A DNA stretch of 64,000 nt. Origin: Octopus sinensis. Taxonomy: Eukaryota. The notes beneath the pieces are model-generated. The model was not told the origin of the DNA and did not search any database. It was given only the letters and a program-made list of their open reading frames with translations. The translations under genes and the position numbers were made by a program. The DNA is taken from the NCBI RefSeq assembly GCF_006345805.1, contig NC_043005.1:20150001-20214000 (forward strand), in the 5' to 3' direction. Positions 23,200 to 40,214 of the stretch are shown here, piece by piece; the first letter of the stretch is position 1; every line of letters begins with the position of its first letter.

Positions 23200-23880
23200 T
23201 CTCTCACAAATTATCACTCTCTCTCTCTCTCTCTCTCTCTTTTCTCACTATCATTTCTTTTCTGCTCTTTCTTTTCATGTTACTCTTTCTGTCTTGTATA
23301 TTCTTTGTGCTTTCTTTTATTCTCTCTTTCCCTCTCCCTCTCTCTTTTTCTCTCTCTCTCTCTTTCTCTCGCTTACTGTCTTTCTCTCTCTTTCTCTTTC
23401 TCTCGCTTACTGTCTTTCTCTCTCTCTCTCTTTCTCTTGTTTACTGTCTTTCTCTCTCTCTCTCTTTCTCTTGTTTACTGTCTTTCTCTCTCTCTCTTAC
23501 TCTTGCTTCTTCATCTCTGTCTCTTTCTCTCTTCCCCACTCTCACTCTTGTTTCTTTTTCTTTTTCCCTCTTCCTCTCCCTCTGTCTTTCTCTTCTTATT
23601 CTTCTCTTCACTGTTATTCATTTTGTCTCTCAATTTTTCACACACTCTCTCATTCTATCTTTCTTCTCCCCACTCTATTCCACTTTCTCGCTTTTACATT
23701 TACTTTCACTTTCTCTCTTGTCTTATTCTATTTCCCCCACACTATCTTTATTGGTCATTCAATTTTTTTCCTTCACTTTCAGTCTACCTCTTTTTCGTTT
23801 CAGTTATTCTCTCTCACTTTCCCTTTCTGTATCCCTTTGTGCCTTTCTCTCTCACCCCCAAGCTTATTTGTGTGTGTGTG
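23200..23880. repeat. CT-rich low-complexity tract with about 28-bp sub-repeats
   Basis: CTCTCTTTCTCTTGTTTACTGTCTTT units; source of the L/S/F-rich ORFs. Confidence 0.85.
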
Positions 23881-24379
23881 TGTGTGTAAAATTCCAGTTT
23901 AACAATCAAAAGTGTTAAATGAACACTTTGAAACATGTTACACTACACAAAACTACAAACAACATTTATCTTAATATTTCACTAACTACAATATTTTACT
24001 TTGTCAAAACATTCAAAATTATTTTGTTGGATGCAGTATCAGTATTTTCATCATCATCAACAGCAGCAGCAGCGTTGCTATTATCATAAAACCATCATCA
24101 TAATTGCCATCAGCACTATCATCATCATCATCACAGTAATAATTTTAAATTCTAGTCTAATGCTGTTCTTAAAGCCTAGGTTTAATCCTTGATTAAGCAG
24201 AACAATGATCAGAGTTATTCCATTAAAGAACATCTTTTTTTCTTTTGAGGACTACATCTTCCAATGTATAAGACAGTAGGGTATGATTTGAGAGAGATTT
24301 GGTTACAATTTCTAGCAGATTGTGTGTCTGAACCGAGACTCTTGAGACTCTGTCTTTAGTTTGGTGAGTTTTTTTGTTT

Positions 24380-24462
<83 letters not shown>

Positions 24463-24832
24463 CTAGTATGGATTGGATGGGTCTTCTCAGTGATATTTTC
24501 ATGGTGATGTGGGTTGAATGGGTTTCCTTAGAACCTCTGCTATTCTTTATGATCATGTGTCAACTTGTGTGTAGAAATGGGAAGGACAGGGGAATAAGAC
24601 ATTGTTGAACTATCTGTTCCAAGGTCAGGAGTTCAAATCCTGCTGCTACTGCTCATGTTTCATTGCATTTCTTGAGCTGAAGATTATGTTTACATTATCT
24701 CAAGTTCTCACACAGCAGTCATGAAGAACAGGTAACAACAGGTCATCTGGGAAAATTTACTTGTATTCTATGAAATTTAACAAATACAAAGTGCTTTCCA
24801 GGAGGTTTGAGACTTTTTCAGGAGAGACATTT

Positions 24833-25195
<363 letters not shown>

Positions 25196-25197
25196 GT

Positions 25198-25262
25198 GGG
25201 CATAGTGGGTTAAGAGCGCAGGCTACTAACTCCAAGATTCTGAGTTTGATTCCAGGCAGTGA

Positions 25263-25315
<53 letters not shown>

Positions 25316-25487
25316 TCGAAAAATACCTTAGGAATGAGAACCCAGGTTTAAAATTTCCCCAAGACACCTGATGAAGGCTGGGGGGTATATCGGCCGAAAC
25401 GTTGTGTTAACAACAAACAAGATGAGGACAAATATCCATCAAATGTAAATAATGTACATAATTCCTCTCTTAAGTATAGAACTGTAG
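25198..25487 (+). mobile_element. tRNA-headed SINE with hammerhead tail, copy B (core intact)
   Basis: A-box-like GGCATAGTGG, B box GAGTTTGATTCC (25242-25253), (AAT)n spacer, hammerhead motif, tail ending ATAGAACTG. Confidence 0.85.
25363..25408 (+). ncRNA. Minimal type I hammerhead ribozyme (PLE-type)
   Basis: GACAC-CTGATGA-A-GGCTG-gggggtatat-CGGCC-GAAAC-GTT-GTGTT. Stem I GACAC/GTGTT, stem II GGCTG/CGGCC, palindromic AACGTT; predicted cut after 25403. Confidence 0.85.
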
Positions 25488-25499
25488 ACATTTATTAAT

Positions 25500-26100
25500 T
25501 TGAAAGAAGGACAAAACTCTAATCTCCTTCAAAGTAGGATTCTCTGCCTCCAATGCACTTGTTGTGGTATTTCAGCCACTTCATGTAGGGTCCATCAAAG
25601 TCCTCAAAAAGGAAGGTGCCCAGGACCCTTGTCACAACCTCCTTCAGCTTGGGGGAACAACCAAATGTCACAGGGAGCAAGGTCTGAAATGTAGGGAGTG
25701 TGAGATACATTTTTGATGCCCATCTCTGTCAAGATGGAGTTGTGGACTTCGTGCATTGTCTTGTTGCTGACACTCTGGCCTTTTATGATGAAATCTCTTT
25801 CTGAACACCCTCAAAACCTCCACAAAGTAATCCTTATTGACCATCTGGCCAGAGGAAACCTAGTGGTTGTAGATGATGCTCTTGCTGTCAAAAAAGAGGA
25901 TCATTATGAGCTTGCCAATGGACTTGCTTTTTGTCTAGCCTCTTGTGCCAGTGAAAAAAACAGATTCTCAGCTCTTTTAAATCAATCTATAAGCAATTTG
26001 GAACATTTCAGAAGCTTCCGTAATGTTTCTGTTTAGTTTAAACTTTATTGCATAATAAATTTCTAAATTGTCTTCACGTACTGACTGCATCCTGCAAACT
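25500..26100 (-). mobile_element. Mariner transposase C-terminal remnant
   Basis: QDNA-like motif near 25760, and PKLKEVVTRVLGTFLFEDFDGPYMKWLKYHNKCIGGRESYFEGD. Confidence 0.8.
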
Positions 26101-27709
26101 AATCAGCTGTGACAAGCAATGTTTGGAAGGTTATAAGTACCAGTTATGCACTGGGGTCGATCTAATCGACTTAATCCCTTTGTCTGTCCTTGTTTGTCCC
26201 CTCTATGTTTAGCCCCTTGTGGGCAATAAAGAAATAAGAATATTTCGAAGGTTATATTCAAAGTGCTACTATAGCTTTCTCCTTTGATCTGAAATAACTA
26301 AAGTTGGCAGGTCAGCTTATTAGATGCATGGTAATGGTATACTAAAATTACAATAATTCAGGACTGTCATAACTGCCTCTCCTTAAAAGTTTCAAAACTT
26401 CTGGAATGTATTTCATACTAAGCTACGCACAATCACTAATAATTTGTCATTGTGACCACATATTTATAATATAGACAGAACTAAGTCTTATTTTGTGACT
26501 GTCAGCCACTCAGCATGCAAAATCTGCCATGACTTGGATACTGGAAGAGTGAAATGAGAAAAGGACTGGCCCAAAACCCCTTAGGATTGGCGTTTGGGGG
26601 TTAAACATTCCAGGAAAACGTCATATGCATAAGGATCAGTTGAAAAGACAATTGAATACTACAGCTGCTTGACCATGTGGGAGGAGCTTACTGCTTTACG
26701 TGTCTCAAAATGGACGAAGATGGAACTAGGTCTAAATCTAAGTGTTTCAGAAGCTAGTCTGTTTCTTTGGGTCCAAATACTACATCAGTTATGAAAAGTC
26801 GATTATCTTATATGATACACAAATCTACCTCACCCCAGCATAATGTTCACATAATTGAAATATATCTTGGTTGGTGCAGCTGCTGCTATACATACAGATA
26901 CTCTATATTATGTATAAATAATAAAAAATCATCCATCTGATTGACAAGCTTACACTCAGTAATGCTATGGAAGCACTACTTCACTAGTATGTGTATCTTT
27001 CTTCTATCTTTTCTACTGTTACTAAAATGGTCCATATTTCCCCTCAACTACCAAGCTGTGTCTCTGTATCTCAGTTAAAATATAAAAGAGAAAAAGAAAC
27101 ATTACTGAGACTATTTGTCTCCTTCCAAGAAATGCTTGCATTATCATTATAGGCTTATTATCAGATGACTTTTTTTTTTCTCCTTGCTACAAGACAACAT
27201 AGAAGAATGCTGCTTAAGTTGGTTTGATCTGATGTAAAGTGGGTGTTTCTGGTTCATAGTAAGTATTATACAGATAGCTAGAGAACTAACCTGCATTCTG
27301 TCAACTTCTGAGACCAAACTTCTCTATAGCACTTAACTGGATTAACTGTTTCCCATCTTAGATGCCTAAAACCATTTGGCTCGCCAAAGACAATGGTTAC
27401 AATTGAAATTCAAGCTAAATGTTTTTCCTTTAGGCGAGCTAGTAAAATTGACTTCAAAATGGTTTAATGGTTAGAGTGAATATCGATAGCTTAGTTTGGT
27501 AATTTAAGTGCTTCATGGCTGTGTATTACAAATCAAACATTTTGCTGCTTCTTCATCTGGTTCTTATCGTTTTCCTTTTGTATTCTTCTGTCTTCTTTTG
27601 ACTTCACTCTTATGTATAATGTCTTCTTATCTCTCCTGCTGTATTCTTCTACTACAGTCACACAGCATCATCATTATTATTGTCGTAGTGGTGGTGGTGG
27701 TGGTGGTAT

Positions 27710-27900
27710 TGGGATGGCAGAATCATTAGACATTGAGAAAAAAAATGCTTTGAGCCATTCCTTCCAACTCTTTACATCGAGTTCAAATCCATCTGAGCTC
27801 AACTTTGCCTTTCATTCTTCAGGGATCAAGTATAGGGGTCAATGTAAGTAACTAATCCTCTTCCACTAAAATTGCTGGTATATGCCAAAATTTGAAATCA
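27710..27900 (+). mobile_element. SINE with GCCTTTCATCCTTTCGGGGTCGATAA-type core (decayed)
   Basis: GAGTTCAAATCC B box followed by the core; the same family recurs at 33150-33300, 36560-38290, 40010-40165, 43430-43570 and 44060-44200. Confidence 0.65.
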
Positions 27901-27915
27901 TTATTATCATCATCA

Positions 27916-27949
<34 letters not shown>

Positions 27950-29826
27950 TACTACTACTACAACTACTACTACTGCTACTACTACTACTACCATCATCAT
28001 CATCATCATCATCATCATTATTGTTATTGTTATCATCATCATCTTTTTTCTCCTCCTTTTCTTTGTATCCAACCACAAGCAAGTTAGTCTTGACCCGAGG
28101 TATATTTCTCAGGGCACTTAATCCTACCTACTCCCTGTCCCATTCACTCATCAAGACAATAGCAAATAACCTGAGAAAGAGAGAGACAGACAGATAGACA
28201 GAGTGCCAATTCATTTCATATTTTCTGGAGCAGATCATGAAGACATTTTCTTGTACACATTATCTTTTTACATTTCCAGATGCAACCGCTCATGAATTAT
28301 TCAAAACTTAATTTAAATTTCAATGAATAATCTATAACAGATCAAAGAATTCACTTTTTTATTTTAATATTTTTAACCTAAGAATCTCCATAGATAATGA
28401 AACCATGAAAGAGAGTGAAAGAAACGAATCACAGGTATCAACTAATGAGGTAAAAGAGAAAAAAGTAACAAGAACGCAAGCATAGTGCATGCTATTAGTT
28501 GACTGAGTTGGTTAACAACTCTCACTTGCATTCACTTCTTTGGTTATAATGAATACATAGTTTCTAGCATAAGAAAGGTGGGAAGGAGAAGATCAATGGC
28601 CTTCTGCAAAAGACAGATTATTACGAAGTGATATGGAAGAAGTATGATGTGAGATATAAGTGTTGAATGTAGAAGAGCTACTGAGAAGCTGGGGAGAAAT
28701 TTGACTGTAATATTTGTTGGGTATGTAATGTTATGCTATAAAGCACAAGTCAGTAGCGTGAGAGGGACAGATATTCAAATTATCATTAGATATAGTATGG
28801 TTAAATGGTTTAGAAGCTTGCTAGATATTCACAAGGTTCCAGGTTCAATCCCATTGTATGGCATCTTAGGCTAGTGTTTTTTTACTTTAGCATTGGGTCA
28901 CACAGACTCTGTCTGAGGATTGCACCATGGACTGTAGAATACTCAGTTACTTACACACTAATTGAGTGCTCACTGAATTAATGTGTAAGTAATTGAGTTG
29001 ATTAAATGACAAAATTCATTACTGGCAATTCAGGTGGTTATTGTTTAACCCCAGGTCAGCTTTGACTATCTTGTCTTTTTCTATATTGAAAACTACATAG
29101 TATAGTGTATTATTACTTTTTTGAGACAGTGTGATTTGAGGGTTATTTGGCTGCTATTTCTAGCTGATCTAATGACTGCATAGAGGCTTCTTTGTTAGCC
29201 CAAGATGTCTGTGGGGCATGAACATATGATGTGCTTTTGGTAGAAACCATTTGTGCAAGTGAAAATTTGGTGAGATCAGATCTCAGGATACTGGGCCTTG
29301 CATAAATGACGACAAGAGACAGAGACAAATAACAAACATGATGTACAGAAGACCTATCCAGTGTGGAAAAATTGACATTGATAAATTATTAATGATGAAG
29401 TTGATGATGATAATGTGGTCTAGTGATGCTCCTTTTCTTTTTTTTTTATTTCACATAGCCTATGTACAGTTAAAGTAAAATGCTTTGTAGTGAGGAATTG
29501 TTGTAGTGAAAATGGTACTCCCCTTCCCATGTGAAAAAGTGGTATGAACCAGCCACTATAAAGTCAGACAGTCAGTCATTGTAGGAGGTCAGTAGTAATA
29601 GAGTCATACAAGTTCTCAGTTGGAGTCAGTGTCAGTTACGTGTTATATACAAGTTTGAATTACTGTCAAAGTAGACATTTCAAGCCATTGTCTTGTGGAG
29701 CTATCAGCAAAAGCCTGATAGATGAGTCAAAGATAATAAGACGCGGAATACTGCCACAACATGATAGTGGTGACAAGAATATTATAGAGATGACAATAAT
29801 ATACAAGTGGATGAGGATCCACATTA

Positions 29827-30052
29827 CAGTAATCCCTCGCCATATCGCAGTTCACCATCACAGTTTATTATTTAAGCTTACATCAATTCCTCCGTGCCCG
29901 TTGTTTTGCATTTATAATAAAATATATATATATATACAAATTATAAAAATAATTTTAAAAATATACAGCACAGTACTGTTTCTACTTCACAGATTTTCAC
30001 CTATCATGGGAGGTTTTGGAATATAACACCTGCGATAGTCGAGGGATTACTG
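29827..30052. mobile_element. pogo/Tigger-type MITE, TA target-site duplication
   Basis: TA-CAGTAATCCCTCG...CGAGGGATTACTG-TA. Confidence 0.9.
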
Positions 30053-31369
30053 TATAACAGGAATGAAATGGTATTATTGCCGAGAATATGGTACAATCAA
30101 TTCCAAAGACCCAATCTTCAGTGATACAACTGTGCTAATAATAACATCATAAACACCATAAATTTGGTGGTAACCTCTTGGTGGTAACCTCTTGGTGGAT
30201 CACGTATTTGAGCTTTGATTCCCAGTTGTAGTTCTTTCTCAACAGATATTCCTATATATAGCAAGGCTATATCTATCTTTGTAAAACCTAATAGAACAAC
30301 AGATGGTATTTCAATATTCTTGTATTCTAACACTGGTTCCAACCTGTTTCCTGTCTGTGGGTATTTTGAGTATGTTGGGGCACAGTCAGCTATCTCTGAC
30401 ACTTATTGGCTTTTGCTGTTGTTGTTACTACTATTACTACTATTGATGCTGTTGATTTTATTTTTGTTGTTATTCTTGATAATTTTGTCGATTTTGTTCT
30501 TGCCAATTTTGTTGTGGCTGCTGCTGTTGTTGTTGCCTGGTTCAAGGTTAACCTTAATCAAACAGACCATTGGTCAAAGACATTTTGGCCATAACCATCT
30601 TTTCTTTTTGTTTTAGCATCATTATTTCAGACTATATTATTCAGTGTATGCCTTTTTAAACATGTGATTTGAGAGATATTTAACTGCTATTTCTGGCAGG
30701 TTAAGCAACAGCATAGAAGCTTCTTTATTTGATTGTTATGCATATTCTTGCTGTTGTTGCAGTTAATTTTATTGTTCTTGTTGTTCACCACATTCCCATG
30801 CCTTTGTCTGAGCAGATGTATGTCATGGGTCATAAAAGTAACTAGTCAAATACCTAGTTACAACCTGGCTGTATAGAGTATGTGTACAACATGATATTCA
30901 GTCATTATTATTTTTTAGCCCTAGGCAGGCCTGAGTGACTATGTTAATGTTACTTTCCCTTCTTAAGATAGGAGGGTGTGGTCTGATAGACATTTAGCTG
31001 TTATTTTTAACAATGACAGTATGTATTTGACACAGAAACAATTATTTACTTTAATTTAAAGTCTTCATCAGCAGTTGTGAAGTCACAAATCTGGACTACA
31101 GACTGCACATTCATATGTCCTATTCTTACTGCAGCCATTATGCCCTTCTCAGAGCAAGTTCTTGTGTTTCTGATTTCTCCAGATTGCCTCATTAATGAAA
31201 TATAGACACTCCACAGTCCTATTACATGGCTGAAAGGTCAGCATTAAAGTATTCAACCATAAAAATAATTACTCTAACAACTGTTGGAATATGATTACTT
31301 GAGCAATTTCTACCACTAACACAGCACTTCAGGTGCTACAATAACATCTCAAAACATTTCTAGAATACT

Positions 31370-31592
31370 TCCAGAATACTGCTAGAACACTCCAGAACTA
31401 AGTAATCCATTATCCTAGAACATGACTACATCATTCCAGAACACTACTACAACACTCCAGAACTACAATGCAACACCCTAGAACACTGCTTCAGCACCAC
31501 AAAACACAATTACCACACCTCAAGACACTGCTACAACATACCAGAATATTACTTCAATAACCTAAAATACTACCACGACTCACCAGAATACA
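31370..31592. repeat. Degenerate minisatellite (CCAGAACACTACTACAACACT-like, about 21 bp)
   Basis: Recurrent CCAGAA/CTAGAA...ACTAC motifs. Confidence 0.6.
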
Positions 31593-31596
31593 ACTC

Positions 31597-31826
31597 TTAA
31601 CCCTTTTGTTACCATATTTATTTTGAGATGCTTTGTGTTTCTGTCAATTAATTTTAAATATAACAAAGAATTTAGTTAAATAACTTAGTTATCATTAAGC
31701 TTGTGTTAGGAACATAAATTGTGACTCAGGTTTGGTGGAAGATTTTCATTCAGAACATATGAAAACAAAACATTTGTACTACAGAGCCAGAGGCGGTTTC
31801 AGGCGGGTTGGTATTGAAAGGGTTAC
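31597..31826. mobile_element. piggyBac-type MITE
   Basis: TTAA-CCCTTT...AAAGGG-TTAC. Confidence 0.7.
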
Positions 31827-31982
31827 CACCTCTCCCATTCAGTCCAGACAAACAAAACTCATAAACATAACCTTATTATCTTCAAATATTGTGCTGGATG
31901 GAATGCAACTGTTATGTTCCAAATAAGTTCAATTGTTTGCCTCAGTTATGGCAGTCCCTTGGCCAGGAACAGACTACTAGAC

Positions 31983-32094
31983 TGAGGAAAAAGTTTGTGT
32001 GCCGTGTTAAAATAATGAACTGAATGAACACACACACATCACAAAAATATATAAAAATGCATCATTTCAACACGGTGCACAAACTTTTTCCTCA
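31983..32094. mobile_element. Small MITE
   Basis: TGAGGAAAAAGTTTGTGTGCCGTGTT / AACACGGTGCACAAACTTTTTCCTCA. Confidence 0.8.
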
Positions 32095-32569
32095 ACCTAA
32101 TATTTACAGTGCAGGGGTGAAAGTATGGTATATCTGGGACAATAAATTTGTGCCTTACATGTGATCATTTGACTGGATGCCTACATAAGCCATTGAGGGA
32201 ACCTCTGGATGGCTGCTTTGCCCGCTAAATATGGCTGCCAAATTCCCATTCAATCATTCTTTACTGTCTTAAAAAAAAAAAGAAAACACGCATTAGGTAG
32301 AGTAGTTCTAGATACTCCTAAAAATAGACAGGATGGGCATAAACAGAATGCTGTTGTTATTGTTGTTTAACTCTTGGTTAACTCTGGCCTGTTCAGTCAG
32401 GATTGATCTGAAACTGAATGCCTGACTACCTATATGCCATAAATCTTGCTCACTCAACAACAACAATAAAAATATCCCATTGATGTAAAGCATAAAAAAA
32501 TATTTTCTGTAATGGGACAATAAATCTCAGCAAACCAAGATCACAATTTGGTTTTGATTCTTGTGGTCA

Positions 32570-32790
32570 TCATCATTTAACATCTGTCTTCCATGTTGGC
32601 AGGGGTTGGATGGTTTGACCGGAGCTAGCAAGTCAGAGAGCTATATTCTCTACTTTGGCATGGTTTCTATGGCTGGGTACTTTTCCAAACATTTTATGGA
32701 GTGTACTGGGTGCTTTTTACATGCCACCAGCACTGGTGTGTTTTATGTGGCATCAGTACTAGAACTTTTTGTGTGGCACCAACACCAGCA
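32570..32790 (-). mobile_element. Decayed RTE 3' UTR fragment
   Basis: GGGTTGGATGGTTTGACC...GGTGCTTTTTACATGCCACC. Confidence 0.65.
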
Positions 32791-33705
32791 GGGTTACTAA
32801 GTAACTTGAAAGACAAAGACTTCTCAGCTAAGAGAGGAAGTGGAATCGTAGGGGGTGGCACTGTGCCAGGTGAGAGGTTAAAATATAATAGATCAATAGA
32901 GATAAATGTCTTTCTATAGAGGAGATATTTGGCTACCCCAGTGAGAAGAGAAAGGAGAGGGTGGAAGGTTAGAATCTGTGTGGTGTTAATGATAAGAATC
33001 CATTTAGTAAACCAAACAAATTCTTATTTGTACAATCAATTAGAAACCAGCCAAGTTTTCCACAGTATTAATGCATTCCTAGGGTCCAAAGCAGCATGGG
33101 AGAGTGTGACAAAGCTGGACCTTTTGAAGTTCAGGTACAATCTAAAGAGAAAGGGAAAGAGAAGAATAAACTCAGTACTTCATCAGTACTTTATTTGTCA
33201 ACCCTGAAAAGATGAAAGGCTTTTGCCTTTCATAAAAGATAAAAGATAAAGTTGAAAAGCAGGATTTGAACTCAGAGCAGAGAGAGTCAGAAGGTTAATA
33301 ATTTGGCCAATTTGCTGCTTTGCATCAGTGATAATTTCAGGAAATCCACCCATACTCTGTCAATCTTTTCCCCTTCCAAAATCCTCAAGCTTCATTTCTA
33401 TATCATTATATTATAAATTATTAGTTATACTACAGCATCATTTGAGACTTGCTCTTTATACTTCTTTATGCTGTATCTTTGGTCAATAATCTCAATTATT
33501 GTCAGCCACTCCCTCCTAATTATTTTTTTAACTGAAGTTTCAAGCAATTTCACTTCTAGACACAAGATTTAAGTTCTGTAGATTAGAAACAAAATCCCCC
33601 CACTCCCCACCCCAGCAAGAATATAATAAAGACATTGCAAGCGAGGGGTGTGAACTGCCTCAATCTACTTTGTTATATCAGAACTGAAATCTGTATTGTT
33701 TCTCT

Positions 33706-33830
<125 letters not shown>

Positions 33831-34202
33831 CCCTCTATCTATATATATACTGGCTTTGTTTTACTCTTGGATAAACTGTTTTGTAGTTCTGTATTTCTAT
33901 AATTCTATAGTTCTTAACTTTCTCTCTCTCTTGTCATATAATTCTATCATTCTGAGGTTCTGTAGTAGTGCAATACTCTAGTTCTATAATTCTGCATTTC
34001 TGTAGTATAGTGTTTGAAATCAGTGTGGTTTAGTGACCAAGCTAAAGAAGTGCCACAAATGGTAAACTAATCTTGTAGATATATTATAGATTTTTAGGTA
34101 GACGTGTTCGTTCTTCAACGCTTGGCTTGCTTTCCTACAATTACCATTTTTTCTAATCAGTGACAGTTATGTTTGTTCAAAAATAGTTCCAACTCATCAT
34201 CT

Positions 34203-34238
<36 letters not shown>

Positions 34239-34520
34239 TACACACACACTCGCATACAAACATGCATTCTTAACACATGCATCCACTTGCAGCTACTCAG
34301 AACTCTTTGCTTATAAAATGCATGACTTCTTGTCCACGTGATACTTAAAAACTATTATTACAGCAAGTATAAATTTCTCTTGCCAGCATGTAAATGTCCC
34401 GTTTTAGAATCAGAGTTTCAGTGAAGACAGCACATGCTGTTTTTGGATTTAATGTGATAAAGTGTTGCTTGTTTGTTATCGTTTTGTTTTGTTATTGGTG
34501 GCTTTCTTTACTTTCATTAC

Positions 34521-34577
<57 letters not shown>

Positions 34578-34687
34578 TCTCATGAAATATAATAATAGAA
34601 ACCAAATGCGTTTCATCTAAACTTTTACTCTACATTGTTAGCAAACTCTCATCCCTACACTTTGCTGCTCATCTCCAATTTATATAT

Positions 34688-34739
<52 letters not shown>

Positions 34740-36261
34740 TGATTGGCTAACAAGCAAAACTCTTAAAAGCTTTGATCTTGTTTTTACTTCTGCCAGAGCA
34801 TCGTGGATCTAAACTTGATGTGGAAGCAAGCTTGTAAACCACAGTCAAACAAATTTGGCCAACAACATTGTCTGTGCATACTAGTCAGGAATTCTTGGCA
34901 ATCTAACTGTTTCTTTAGTCCTTCCAACAGATGTGATAATCCTATTCAATCAATACAGGTGAGGGGTAGATGAATCACCTGATATATTTTCCTAAGGTAT
35001 CAGATGTTAGATAATATAAATATATTTCATTGACATAGTTTCATCAACATTGTATTTTAGTGCTTTGTATTTTAGTTATTTATTGTATTTTTTCAATCAA
35101 CATCATCACTATCATCATTATCATAATTACCATCATCATCATCATCATCAATACACTCCTTGTCATCACTACCACTACCATCATCATCATCATCATCACC
35201 AACCCTTTCATCATTGTTTTGTCAATGACACTCTTATGAGTTGAAAAGCTCTACAATGTAGCATCCCTTTATGCAACTTTTCTGTGTCCTTTTGTCAGGC
35301 ATTCCATATTGTCAGATCTAGCTTCTTCTTCATTTTAAAGAGAAGGGTGCTTTCTGAAGGAGTTACAACACACAGTTGTGCCTCTGGTCATGACACTTCA
35401 CTTTCAATAGAGCAGTCCATTTAGTTTTAAATAGGTACCATTGTGTTGATAGATCAGTTCATTTCAGTTGTGATTGGTATCATGCAGAAGTATTATACAT
35501 TGCTGTGTATTTGGGAAAGACACTGAACTCTCAGTAGCTCAGTTCCTTTATATGTAAATAAGTACCATGAGGAGACATACTGTTCACAAGTATAAGTAAC
35601 ATGCATAAACACATGGCAAATGTGACACTTTTGTTAGCTTACAATCACAGGCTCAGATCCTCTTGTAGGTCAGGAATGCCTTCACTAGACTGACATCCTA
35701 TACAAGAAGGTTGAGAAATCATGGCCTTCTCAACTGTCTAGGAAAGCAGTAACTCCGAATAGGAGACGACTTGGACTATGATGTCTTGGCTACCACATAC
35801 CAGCACAGAAAGTGAACTTCAAATTATGATTAATGAATTTATATTTTTATGAATGTTTAACAAGTTTACATCGATTACTCTTTTCACTTTTGATAACTTT
35901 TTCTGACTCTGGTTCTTGCGTTTACATTACACAGGCTCCTGTTTAGACTTAAAAGAACACCCTGAGAAGATTTATCAGGTATAATTGCCAGGATAAAAAT
36001 TACCATTTCTAACACAGAGGCAGTGTTAAAAATGTATAGAACGTCATTGCTTAACTGAAACCCAGTTCTTTACTGGTGCTTACTTCAGTGACCCTAGAAT
36101 GAGAGAGGGCAGATTTGACTAGAGTGAGATTTGATGCTGGAATAGCAAAGGCACCTAACCAAGCATGACACGGTACCATTTTGTCCACCACTTTATTGTC
36201 AGTGCCAAAACATAACCCCCTAATGATAATAATTTCCAACTTAGTCACAGGGTCAAATATT

Positions 36262-36490
36262 TTAATCCTTTAGTGTTCACATTATTCTGCCAAAATTGAT
36301 CCTATTTTATCCACATTGTTTTGAACTAATCATGCATTATATTGTAGCTATGAGATTTTGATGAGGTAACTGTTAACTTTTAAAACGATATTGTAGGGTT
36401 GGTGTGAGAGACCAGATCTGGCCAGTTTGAACATAAAACAGGCAGAATACTTTTGGCCGGATATGGCCGGTTTAAATGCTAAAGGGTTAA
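36262..36490. mobile_element. piggyBac-type MITE, TTAA target-site duplication; related copy at about 49035-49260
   Basis: TTAA-TCCTTTAG...CTAAAGGG-TTAA. Confidence 0.8.
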
Positions 36491-36559
36491 GGGAAATCAA
36501 GAGGTGATCAAAGCAAACCATTATTTGACTGTTACTTTATTTTAAAATTGCTAGAATGA

Positions 36560-38290
<1,731 letters not shown>

Positions 38291-38682
38291 TAATAAATAA
38301 TACCAACAATAATAATAAAAGTTTAAGTGCATATTTTCTCCATCTTTATGCTGTATGCAACATCTCTGCTGTCCTGCCTGGGTTAAACTAAAAACAGTTC
38401 ATTAATAATCAATTCGGTAAATCCTTGGTGAGAAAAGGAAAAAGTTGCTTCTTCGGCAGTCATTAATAGCAAGAAATTAACAGACTGCCAAAAGTCAAAT
38501 CCATCATCGCAGTTGGATAGAAACATCTAAAATGTCCAGCTTCATATTTTTTTACTCTTTCCTATTGCTTGTTGTCTGCATTTCTTTATTTCTTTTCCAC
38601 TGATCTTTCTCTCGCTTTCTCTGACCATCCCTCTCTCACTTTTTCTCTCGTTACTCTGTTGCCTCATGCACTCACGTATATA

Positions 38683-38718
<36 letters not shown>

Positions 38719-38723
38719 CATGA

Positions 38724-38754
<31 letters not shown>

Positions 38755-38897
38755 GTTTCTCTCTCTCTCTCTCTTTCTCCCTCTCTCTCTTTCTGTTTTA
38801 TTTCCTGCCTGCTCTCTTCTCTTTCTCTTTAACCAAATCTTATTCTTTTCTCTGCCATCTCTATCTACATGTATAATGTATATGTATGAATACATGT

Positions 38898-38955
38898 ATA
38901 GATAGAAAGATTGATAGACAGACAGATAGATAGATAGATAGATAGATAGACAGAC

Positions 38956-38987
<32 letters not shown>

Positions 38988-39007
38988 TGACAGACAGACA
39001 GACAGAC

Positions 39008-39090
<83 letters not shown>

Positions 39091-39095
39091 CAGAC
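38898..39095. repeat. (GATA)n/(GACA)n microsatellite
   Basis: Directly visible. Confidence 0.95.
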
Positions 39096-39399
39096 ATATA
39101 CAGATGCATAGTTGTAACGAATCAAAAAGGAAGTACTCAATACCATAAAGTATTAATTTAATTTGAGTGGTTGAAATTAGCACTGGCCATTACGGATAGT
39201 TTCATTGTGTGGCAGCCATGCAATTAATGATAATGTGAGATGGAAACATGACTTGTACTCTTTTCCATTTCTATATTGTTTGCTTTTATTCGAAGTTTAC
39301 TCCAACATGGTGACCTGATGAACTACATGTCTTCCATGCAAAGAGACAAAATTAGCAGTTGTCAATGCTGATTTTCAGGTGGCCAAGTTAAATGAAGAA

Positions 39400-39435
<36 letters not shown>

Positions 39436-40214
39436 GTATTCTTTTCTCTTACTTGTTCCAGTCATTTGACTGCAGCCATGCTGGAGCACTGCCTTAAAGG
39501 GTTGTTTTTTTAGTCAAACAAATTGACCCCCAGGACTTAATTTTTAAGCCTACTACTTCTGGTGTCTAGATACTTGGACACAGCAACCTTCAGTAGATTT
39601 TTGCATTAGTTAAGGAAGGAAAAGTCAACTCTTTACAAGTGTGCATAATGGTGGTAGTAGTGGAGGTGGCAGATGTAATGGTTTTGGCAGCAGCAGCAGT
39701 ACCAGTAGTGGTAATAGCAGCAGTGGTGTTTTTGATGTGTGTATGGAAGGCTTCTCTTGGTCAAGATTGACCATGGATCTGCGAATATATGCACACTCTG
39801 GGCAACAGTTTTTTTTTTCTTTTGTGGAGTACAGATAGTTGTCATGTATGCAAGTTACTCCTATCCACACCACTAATATTGCCCAAGGGAAAATCCATCA
39901 CTTTAGAACCATTACAGTTTGATACCAGTACCGTCACAAACATTGCTGTCAGAAAACACGGGACCAAAACAAATACCAAGGCGTTTCATCAAATGTTCTA
40001 AGAGTTCTGCCAATCTGCTTCCCTGATTGGTACCTTTTTATCAATCCCGAAAGACTGAAGGGCAAAGTTGCCTCATCAAGATTTGAACTCAGAGCCCTTA
40101 GAATAGGAACAAATACCACAAATCATTCAATTCAACACTCTAACAACTTGACCAAATCACTGCCTTATATATGAAATATATATATCTGTGTGCACGTATT
40201 TAATGTATTTATGT

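Noticed and set aside
23076-23918. 280-aa hydrophobic ORF resembling a membrane protein
   Set aside because: It lies wholly in a CT-rich low-complexity tract with overlapping open frames.
28270-28312. TTTTTACATTTCCAG followed by a short frame DATAHELFKT*
   Set aside because: A plausible terminal-exon pattern, but too short and with no recognisable homology or upstream exon.
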